Below, piece by piece: positions 1 through 8,249 of a DNA stretch of 11,533 nt. Made by a program: the position numbers and the translations under genes. Under the pieces are notes generated by a model. It had not been told where the DNA came from and searched no databases. It saw nothing but the letters and a program-made list of their open reading frames with translations. Origin of the DNA: Azolla caroliniana (lineage: Eukaryota; Plantae; Polypodiophyta); the NCBI GenBank assembly GCA_043228905.1, contig JBHGNT010001149.1, forward strand, positions 1 to 11,533, written 5' to 3'. Each line of letters opens with the position of its first letter. The stretch's first letter is position 1.

Positions 1-576
1 CATTTGGAGAGGCTACGCAAGATCCAGATGGATCTCTCTACTCACCTTCGTCATGCTCAACACACACAGAAGACTTATGCGGATCGTCATCGGATTCCCT
101 CCTCTTTTGCCATCGGAGATCGGGTATGGCTCTTACGTCGTCACATCAAGACTACTCGACCGTGCGACAAATTGGATTATCGACGACTCGGTGCCTTCCG
201 TATTACGGGTAAGATTAATGATGTCACCTTCTGCCTTGATCTCCCTCCGTAGCTTCAGATACATTTGGTTTTCCATTATTCTCTTCTTGAACCTTATAAA
301 GCAAACACCATTCCCGATCGTGTGACACCACCACCGCCCCTGCTGGAGTTGGACGCCGGCCCGGAGTATGAAGTTGCTGCCATCCTCGATTCCAAACTTG
401 TTCGCAACAAACTTTATTACTTGGTCGATTGGCTCGGTTATAGTTCGAGCGAACGTACTTGGGAACCCGTCGAGCATCTTGCCAATGCACAGGATCTTCT
501 TGCTGATTTCCACCGAAAATATCCGGACAAACCCGGTCCACAATTAGCGCCGACTCGTTCCACTCGTCGTCTTTAA
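1..576 (+). pseudogene. pol: pol C-terminus: integrase tail with GPY/F-type region and chromodomain; premature stop at 250-252
   Basis: FAIGDRVWL...KLDYRRLGAFRI...VFHYSLLEPY, then EYEVAAILDSKLVRNKLYYLVDWLGYSSSERTWEPVEHL. ORFs 4-252 and 265-576 share a frame and are separated by one TAG. Confidence 0.93.
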
Positions 577-587
577 GGGGGAGATAG
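575..587 (+). other. Polypurine tract (copy A)
   Basis: AAGGGGGAGATAG directly before the LTR start TGTCA at 588. Confidence 0.88.
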
Positions 588-596
588 TGTCATGAT

Positions 597-656
597 ATGG
601 CAAGACTCGAACCCATGACCTTATGCTACATGGGTCGAGCTCTTACCATTAGACTA
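597..656 (-). promoter_or_regulatory. tRNA-derived Pol III A/B-box cassette, antisense within LTR A, forming a long hairpin
   Basis: Minus strand reads TAGTCTAATGG (A box, 656-646) ... AAGGTCATGGGTTCGAGTC (variable-loop/T-arm-like, B box 613-604). Arms 597-617 and 629-649 are complementary. Confidence 0.7.
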
Positions 657-716
657 TGAATTGTAATTTGTAGGATATTATTTTCATTTATGTTTTATCA
701 TAGAAAATTGATGTAT

Positions 717-778
717 ATTCCAGATCTCTCTGGAACATTCTAGAAGCTTCAAGATTATTCCTAAAAACACTATAAAAG
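717..778 (+). promoter_or_regulatory. Heat-shock-element array plus TATA box in U3 of LTR A
   Basis: TTCcaGATctCTCtgGAAcaTTCtaGAAgcTTCaaGATtaTTC (718-760) has four perfect alternating nGAAn units at 733-750. TATAAAAG at 771-778. Confidence 0.7.
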
Positions 779-1004
779 GAGGCACAAGGCATTGTTTTGA
801 ACCAAATTGGTTCAACACCAGTCTTAAGCCTCTTAGCCGATTTGTACTTATCTTTCATATAATATAAGAGCTGCTGTCATCATCCTATCTCTCTCTCTAC
901 TCTTCTCACTTTCTCTCTCTCGAGAATCTTACGCAGTCCCGTCCTCTTAGTACTACTCTTCTTAGTACCAATTCCATCTCTACTTTAGTACTATTCCTGA
1001 CACT

Positions 1005-2838
1005 CGGTGGTCAAATTTTATCATTCCGCGTAAAGTACGCATGGGGTATTGCTCCATTTGCGCAAATCTTAAAAGTTTGGCTAAAGGTGCCAAGACATAA
1101 ATGGAAAAGGATATGCGTAAGAAGTTACTACAGGAGCATTATGAGACACAATCGTTAGAACGAAAGAAGGCGATGCATCATAGAGAGAAGTGTTTGAAGA
1201 GGCCCGAACAATACATGTGCTTAATGGTAGATGGCATGGACCAGAAGAAGACGTGCTTGCCGCATATGCAGAGGCTCCCCAAATACATCAATGATGAGTG
1301 CCTTGTTCAAATGCACTTGGTGGGATGCTTGGCTTATAATAGGTCTGTTGAACCTAACGTCTTCATTACATACCCCAATGTTCACAATGACCCTAACCTA
1401 ATAGTTACAGTGATTCACCGAGTTTTGATGTCTTGGGACGAACCGTTTCCCCCTGTTCTATACATTCAATTGGATAATACTACTAGAGAGAACAAAAATT
1501 CAACTATGTTTGGCTATCTAAGTATGTTATTCAACCAAGGATTGTTTAGAAAAGTGAAAGTCCATTTTCTTTTGGTTGGCCACACATGATCATATAAATA
1601 AGATGTTTAGCACATTCTCCAGACAGTTGTCTCGGCATGATGCTTTCACATTACCAAAACTATTTGATGTCATTTGTGATGCATATACACCACACCCAAA
1701 AGTGTTACACTTGAAGGAGGTATATGACTTTACGAGATATATATCAGATGGGTGTGTTGGGAATGTTAAAGTGCTCACCTAATTAAACAATATAAGCTTC
1801 AATCACATTTTTATGATAAAGAAAAATGAAATAAGTGTTGAATCTACGCTTTTGTATGCCAAACAATATTCATCTTCTACAAAATGGGAACTTGAAGGTG
1901 GTTGCCAGTTCTTACTTTGTATGCCAAGTACAATTGTCCATGGAGCTAAACAAATGCCAATTGAGAAGAAAGGGCAGTTGCATAGTGACTTGGTATCGGA
2001 ACGAAAACAATTATGGCTCCAAGCCTTAGAAGAAAAAAGAAATCATATTGAGGCCGCAAAGAAATATGCCGCACAACAAGACACGTCATGGTGGGATGTA
2101 GTTTTTAGTGATTAGAAAGGAATTATAGACAATTGTGTATTTGGTGATAATTGCAATTTGGAAACGCCATTCACATGGTCGCTACAACATGATCATGTAA
2201 ATAAAACTTCGGAGCAACCAGCAAATGCGATTAATCACAATTTGGTCCATCCACAACAAAGAGACATTTATGTGGGACCAAGGATGACCAAAGCAACCGA
2301 AGCTAGATGGCAAGGTAATTTGCAAGAGCTCGCGGCGGGGATGTTGATTGCAATGCCTGTTGATGAGGACTCACATGGCCATCAATTTTGGGTTGGTAAA
2401 ATTCTACAAGTGCTAATGCATGAAATAGAAAACATGATCAAGTCTATAAAAGTTCATTGGTACAACACTAGAAGTGCAAATGCTTTTACAGGTAAGTATA
2501 CGTTGGAGATGATTGAATGCCCAATGACAAGGGGAGGTAGGAAGAGGAAGCGAAACATTCCTAACACCTCAACCCTTGATGTCTCTGATGTGGATATCAT
2601 CATGTATGACTTCACGCTTACAAAAGTCGAACGATTAAGAAAGTCAACAATAGATATAATAAAAGAAAAATTACCAGGTCTACAAGGTGGCTTGAGTCGA
2701 AGGCAAACGAGATCTGCTACATATAATCTAGAGTCAAACCATTTGGTTTATGACGAAGATAATGCATTGATTGGTACATCCGAGGATGATGAGGATGAAT
2801 CGTCATTGTATATTAGTTATAGTAGTGATTTTCCATAA
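1005..2838 (+). pseudogene. DDD-type DNA transposase, Sola-like, 5'-truncated by copy A; about 610 codons with 3 stops and 1 frameshift
   Basis: Frame is open from 1005: IPRKVRMGYCSIC (CxxC) ...H. Then VDGMDQKKT, LYIQLDNTTRENKN and FLLVGHT/HDHINKMFS (frameshift near 1586). ORFs 1576, 1813 and 2158 share one frame, split by TAA 1780 and TAG 2113. NLS-like RKRKR and acidic tail. Superfamily assigned from motif recall only. Confidence 0.68.
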
Positions 2839-3242
2839 AGGAGTGATCATGAATGTATTTTTGGCTATTAAGTGTAACTACATTCTGCTTGTAACAAATC
2901 GAGTAATATAAAAGCATGTGTTTTGAATTCTTATGATTTCTATGAAAATCGTTTCTTATAAAATAACATTGGTTGTAAAGTTTGTGATATAAATTAAGAA
3001 TATAACGTTTTGAAATTCCTCTTTTATTTATTTATTTCTAAATCACGAAAATAGTCAATTTTTAACCTTTTTCATAGTATAGTTGAGAATGTATGATACT
3101 GGTATCAATGTGCTTTGTAAAATCATTGAAAAAGTACTAAAATCAATAAGAATATTCCTTATCCTTACATTTATGCGTGATCCTTCCACTTGCAAACGCG
3201 AACGTGTTTAAATCCTATTCTCGATTCTTTTATTTAACCTAT

Positions 3243-3343
3243 TGTCAGGAATAGTACTAAAACAGAGAGAGAATCGGTACTAGAGAAGGGAAGTACTATT
3301 AGTACTAAGAGGACTGAGTGCGTAAGACTCACGAAAGAGGAAG
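3243..3343 (-). repeat. Distal (U5) part of copy B 3' LTR
   Basis: TGTCAGGAATAGTACTAAA at 3243 is the exact reverse complement of LTR A 984-1002. Similarity continues through TAGTACTAAGAGGAC..TGCGTAAGA. Confidence 0.92.

Positions 3344-3379
<36 letters not shown>
3344..3379 (-). repeat. (ATCT)9 microsatellite 3' tail of the LINE
   Basis: (AGAT)9 on +, about 55 nt past the inferred ORF2 stop. No such array in LTR A. Confidence 0.88.
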
Positions 3380-3434
3380 TATATTAGCGTCTTCGGAGGT
3401 CAAATATGACCTATGAGACCAAAAATATTACATT

Positions 3435-6400
3435 TCACGTGATACGTGTGAAAGTGAGTAGTGACTCTCGATGTTCAAGAACTTTACTAATGAATGTTGC
3501 AATCAAGAGTGCACATTGTGGTTGTGAGAGGAATTCATGCAAAGATTGGACTCAGTCGAAGAGATGTGGAAAGATGGTCGAATATGATCAAAGGCAGAGC
3601 ATTGTATCAAAGTGTGATACTCAGACTTGCAAACTTGTTTAGGGCAAAGGGTGCATAGCTGACCACTCTCATCACTTGTGCCCCAACGCCCTGTTTCACA
3701 TCGCAATGCATGTGAGCTAATTCTCATGAAAGCAATGGTTCGAATGGCAGATAATGGTATGGGCTCTAACATGTATCGATGTGTACGATTTCCCCGTTCC
3801 GCAAAGAATATGGTTTTGTAGTTAGGTGCAACATGTGTAGTATAATGTGTGAAGCGCGAGCCTCCACATTTGTCCCACGTCATGATACATTGGCGTTGCA
3901 AAAATGCCTCATTTACAGAGGAATCTAATGATGCATCATGAAGCAAGTGTCTCGCATCCCATCTACCAAACCATTTTTTATATCTTGCATCCAACCGGAA
4001 CACAAAATTTTTCTTTTATGCGTCTTTTGGATCTTTTTGCTTGCTTCCCACCCAATTCTAGGAAGTCGATGTGAGGGACTTTTTTGAACCTTAAGCATGT
4101 ATTTAACAACCCTTTCCATGGCCATGATCTCAATGGGAAGCGATCCCGTCTCAAGGAGGAGGGTGTAGGGCGTTTGTTTCTTAACTTGTAGAAACTTTGT
4201 AAGAAAATGTTTTTGGACATTTTTAAACTCTTTCCACATAGATTTAGGGATGCTACCGCCCCATACTTCCACCCCATAGAGAATAACCAATGTCACCAAA
4301 GTGTCGAAAAGATATTTCTTGAGGACCCAAGACTTAATATCTCCAAGATTGCATGTGTTCTCAAATGCATAGTATGCTCGCTTGCCTGCCTCTAAGCGGC
4401 GTGTAGCACATTCATTCCATCTATGATTTGAAGGAACTTCAAGGCTAAGATATTTGAAGCTTTCCACACATTCAAGTGGCTCATTGTTGTACATAATGCA
4501 TGGTTTATCTCTTTTTTGGCTCTTCACAAGCATAATCTTTGTTTTAGAGCTATTGACACTTAATTTAGTATGCATGCAAAAATTTTCCAATGCCTTCATA
4601 AGCTTTTGTGCATCTCCTAAAGTATTTGCAAAAAGTACTACATCATCTGCATATAGCAAAAGCATAATCACAACATTCCCAATGGCAACTTCTTCAACAC
4701 ATTCTTCCTTTGCAAACTTGGTAACCATTTCTTCCAATTCATCAATGCATAGACCGAATAGTGTTGGTGAGAGTGGACATCCTTGCTTAACACCAATAGT
4801 GCTTTTGAAAAAATTTGAAAGTTTATCTCTCATGCACACACAACATATAACCTTCTCATAAATTCGGGAAATTGCAAGCATATATTCACTTGGCACCTCA
4901 AGTTCTCCCATTCGCCTCCAAAGATGCTCACGAGGTACCATATCAAAAGCTTTCTTGAAGTCTACAAAGAAACAATATAAACCTTTACCTCTAAGGCGAC
5001 TTTCCTCCATTAATACTCAAAGGGTGACAAGGTGATCAATGGTGCTATGGTGTTTTTGAAAGCCAGCTTGTCCATAAGCTCTCTTACCACTTTTTTCAGC
5101 CCATACACTTATCTTTGATTCCATTATACATCCAAATAGTTTAGCCATTAATGAGCCAACCATGATGGTTCGATAGTTGTTTACATTATTTATATCTCCA
5201 CCTTTATGTAAAGGTTTGATCCAATTTGTAGTCCAATCGTACGGCATACCATGTTGCAATGCATCATTAAACATATCTCTTATCCATATATGTGCTTCCT
5301 TTCCCGTCCATTTGAGCATTTCAACCTTTATACATTGAAGATCGCTTGCCTTTCGAGACGCCAATTTCTTAAGTCCTATGCATATATCTTCAATTGTAAA
5401 GAAGGGAGGCATTTGTGAAAGAGAACCATAACACATCATCTTTCCGGCAAGAGATAACTCATATAAATTCTTACAATGCATAGACAAGTCATGAAGAGTT
5501 AAGTCACCATAACTCTCAACACGTTTCCCCTTTAGATTTCCCCAAAATTTGGCACATGCATGTGCTTTCTCTTATGTTTGGATAAATTGTTGAGTAACTT
5601 CCCATATTCTTCTCTTTCTTTGAATAAGCCTTTTATACTCATGCAAATGCTTTTGGTAATTCTCTTTATCCATAACTACATCCAAAACCATAAGGCACTT
5701 TCATGCTTCACGACATTCTTTATCAAACCATTTTTTCCTAAGTTTCTTGGTGCATTTCCAAGATGTGCAGCTGGTCGAATTTTTTTTTTTTGTAGAGGAG
5801 AGAATGACTTTCTTGAAAGCTTCCCATTTTCATTCTAGTGTGGCACCATGTTGTATCTTTGTCATTTGTAACATATCCTCAACCATCTTGGAATACATGG
5901 GTGCTCGCTTAAGTTTCATGCTCAAGTGCGGTTGTTTATTATCTTCAATAGCCTTCTCACAATCAAACCTATGCATACATTTGAGATCAATACATAAAGA
6001 CCTATGATCGGATTCCGGTGTCCATTCACCAAGTGAGAATTTATGTATACGATCCAAAATACCTTCGGAAAGTAGCACATAGTCAATCACACTATTTCCG
6101 TTGTGTTTTCTACATGTAAAACCATTAGTGTTGGGCCATAAGGAAATACCATTTGCAATAGCAATCTGGTAGTATTGCACATTTGTAGGAGTAACTTCCC
6201 AAATTGGTCCGGATCTTTTTCATCACTAGAAGAGCGGCTATACATTTGCATATCCTCTTGCATCCTTGAGATATGTGGCATGAAAGATTCTTGTGAATCA
6301 AGTTGGAAACTTCTTCTACGAGCATTCATGTCACCAAAGACAATAACTTCCCCTTTGGATTTGAAATAAGCAATATCATCTTCTAGATTGGCAAATGGTT

Positions 6401-6803
6401 GATCTTTATCCAAACAAGCATAAAAGTTAGAATCTTGATGAGGAATGTAACATCCAACTACAAAAGTGGGCAAATCATTCGGTGTTTCTATTTTGAGTCA
6501 TATGTAGCATTTATGTTCATCATTTTTTATGATTGACACATATTTCTCTATTTCCTTCTTAATCAAACATGCCACCCCTCCTTGTCCTCTTCTTTGTCTT
6601 GGATTTTTCTTCCATATCAAAGAGTGTACATTATAGTTTCCTAAACCTTGAATCCTTTGAGTATCATGCTCCCATGTTTCAACAAGAAGTGTGATGTCCG
6701 AGTCATTGGTGAACTCCTCTATGCCAAATCCTGCATTCCATGGGTATCCATTGCAATTCCAAAAGAATAGTCGTAAAAGGTGTGGGTTAGTCTCATAGAT
6801 CAC
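3435..6803 (-). pseudogene. LINE ORF2: AP endonuclease, reverse transcriptase and C-terminal Cys/His knuckle; several stops and frameshifts
   Basis: APE motifs FWNCNG, LVETW, GGVA, GDMNAR, SVIDY, SDH. RT motifs NYRTIMV, QAGF, FVDFKKAFD, GVKQGCPLSPTLF, LLYADD, FKYL. C-terminus RISSHALRCETGRW..CTLC..EYHTLIQC. Reconstructed stop TGA at 3437-3435 after a terminal frameshift. Confidence 0.93.
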
Positions 6804-6809
6804 GTGTCC

Positions 6810-7681
6810 CTATTTGCCTATATTTCCATCTTTAGGCACATCCTTAACCTTATTTTTCAATCTTTCTTCATATGCTTTACGGCGAGCATTCTGTTGTGAG
6901 ATAGTACGATCTTCACTCACAAAGCATTGCGTACCTTTGAGGTATACCCAACTATTTTCGAGTATGATCCGCCGCTTTGTATCATCTGTCATTGTGCATA
7001 CAATAGGCCTTTCTCTGGAGCGAGTAACACCATGTTTCCCAACTCGGTGTGCCCCATATACATTCACATCTGACATCCCATAATGCATGCTAAATAATTC
7101 ACCAATGGCCTTTCCAAGGGATGCCGTTGTTTCCATACTCTCTTCTTTAATCCCACAGACGACAATATTCTTTGATCATCGTTCACGTTTATTTCAATTC
7201 TCAGACATCTTTGCTTTCTATATTCTTCTCTTGATGCATCACATGCATATTAGATGAGTTTGATAGCACATCCCCACCACATATATCGGCCCATGACTTC
7301 GTTGTACATACATTTTTCATCTCACTTACATCCCGCCTCATCGTGTCCAATTTTTTATTCTTTTAATGCTTCCTTTAACTCAATCTTGTTAAGGCGCTCA
7401 TTTGTTTCGAAAGAAGCTCTTTTACATTCTTGAATCTCTTCTTGAAGTTTTGCAACCACTTGTTTAAGACTTTCATTCTCAATGACAACACTTTGGAGCT
7501 TAGCATTCTCTTTCATTTACGTCCTAATCTCTTCACCTTGCTTGTTTATGGTTTCTTGAAGAGAAATCAAGTGACTCATAAGCATTTTGTCCATTGCATT
7601 GGAATCAAGATTTGTTGGTGATCTCGGCCCATTATCAATCATACCCCCGAACTTTGCGGTGGCTTTACGAGTATTTGCCAT
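6810..7681 (-). pseudogene. LINE ORF1: coiled coil followed by L1-ORF1p-like RRM/CTD region, disrupted
   Basis: ATG at 7681 (MANTRKATAKFG), heptad-rich LQSVVIENESLKQVVAKLQEEIQE, then SKNIVVCGIKEE, AHRVGK, RPIV and FVSEDRT..Q..RRK. TAG at 6812-6810. Confidence 0.8.
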
Positions 7682-7903
7682 TGTAGGGACAAAACCTATG
7701 GGAAGAGAGAGACAGAGAGGGAAGGAGAGAGAATGTACCTTTCACTCGATTTAGGGCTTCAAAATCTACCTTGCGTTTGAGGAACCGTGGGGCAAAGATG
7801 GTTGCGGATGAAAATGCTCATAACTTCTCATCACAGTAACGGAATTCAGTAAATGAACATTGTTTAGAAAGTTCTCTGAAAGAGCTTTCGAATGAGCTAT
7901 AGA

Positions 7904-7906
<3 letters not shown>

Positions 7907-7950
<44 letters not shown>
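7907..7950. repeat. (GA)22 microsatellite in LTR B at the LINE 5' junction
   Basis: Perfect dinucleotide run, homologous to the shorter (TC)n tract in LTR A near 885-920. Confidence 0.95.
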
Positions 7951-7955
<5 letters not shown>

Positions 7956-8057
7956 ATGATAACAGATGATATATTATGTGAAGAGTAAATACAAAATAGT
8001 TATGAGGCGTAAGACTGGCGTTGAACCAATTTGGTTCGAAATGATGCCTTGTGCCTC

Positions 8058-8118
8058 CTTTTATAGTGTTCTCAGGAGTAGTCCTGAAGCTTCTAGAATG
8101 TTCCAAAGAAATCTGGAA
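8058..8118 (-). promoter_or_regulatory. Heat-shock-element array plus TATA box in LTR B
   Basis: GAAgcTTCtaGAAtgTTC at 8086-8103 is identical to the LTR A core. TATAAAAG on - at 8065-8058. Confidence 0.7.
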
Positions 8119-8179
8119 TATACATTAATTTTCTATGGTAAAACTTATATGAAAATAAAATCCTACGTATTACAATAGA

Positions 8180-8232
8180 TAGTGCAATGGTCAAGAGCTC
8201 GACCCATATAACATGGGTTCGAGTCTTGCCAT
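8180..8232 (+). promoter_or_regulatory. tRNA-derived A/B-box hairpin cassette, antisense within LTR B
   Basis: TAGTGCAATGG (8180-8190) and GGTTCGAGTC (8216-8225). An 8-bp deletion relative to copy A falls in the hairpin loop. Confidence 0.65.
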
Positions 8233-8249
8233 ATCATGACATTGTGGCC

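Larger units (their letters stand above)
1..1002 (+). mobile_element. Ty3/Gypsy chromovirus (Tcn1-like) LTR retrotransposon, 3' end (copy A); continues left of the window
   Basis: Integrase C-terminus and chromodomain (1-576), then PPT (575-587), then a 415-bp LTR bounded by TGTCA...TGACA. Closely matches the reverse complement of 8826-7907 plus 3343-3243. Confidence 0.95.
588..1002 (+). repeat. 3' LTR of copy A (415 bp)
   Basis: Ends TGTCATGA (588) and TCCTGACA (1002). Homology to the copy B LTR stops exactly at the TGACA end. Confidence 0.93.
3344..7906 (-). mobile_element. Non-LTR retrotransposon (LINE), RTE group, RTEX-like; near full length (about 4.56 kb), decayed
   Basis: About 225-bp 5' UTR, ORF1, ORF2 (APE-RT-Cys/His motif), short 3' UTR and (ATCT)9 tail. 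Flanked on both sides by contiguous parts of LTR B. Clade call is from motif recall. Confidence 0.9.
7907..8241 (-). repeat. Proximal (U3-R) part of copy B 3' LTR
   Basis: Reverse complement aligns with LTR A 588 to about 898. Rejoined with 3243-3343 it gives about 436 bp. Confidence 0.92.

Noticed and set aside
133-543. 136-aa antisense ORF, mirrored at 8284-8694
   Set aside because: Opposite-strand shadow of the integrase/chromodomain frame in two related copies, with no recognisable motif.
2839-3242. Terminal inverted repeat of the DNA transposon, and a small palindrome TGATAC-TG-GTATCA near 3094-3107
   Set aside because: No partner end is present in the window, and the palindrome is short and in AT-rich sequence.
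588-3343. Composite transposon with inverted LTR ends flanking a transposase
   Set aside because: Each end is the 3' LTR of its own retroelement with PPT and pol attached, and the transposase gene is cut by LTR A.
3243-3380. CRISPR-like repeat array
   Set aside because: Only short AGTACT motifs and a tetranucleotide microsatellite, with no repeat-spacer periodicity and no cas genes.
3925-5010. Bacterial retron, group II intron or defence-type RT
   Set aside because: The upstream AP endonuclease, ORF1, Cys/His knuckle and microsatellite tail identify a eukaryotic LINE.
5780-5791. T12 run as a poly(A) tail or terminator
   Set aside because: It lies inside the LINE ORF2 linker with coding sequence on both sides, so it is most likely a slipped A tract.
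7897-8178. Short ORFs 7897-8106, 7966-8178, 10421-10636 and 10715-10999
   Set aside because: They lie in LTR sequence, and the SLSL runs are translated microsatellite.
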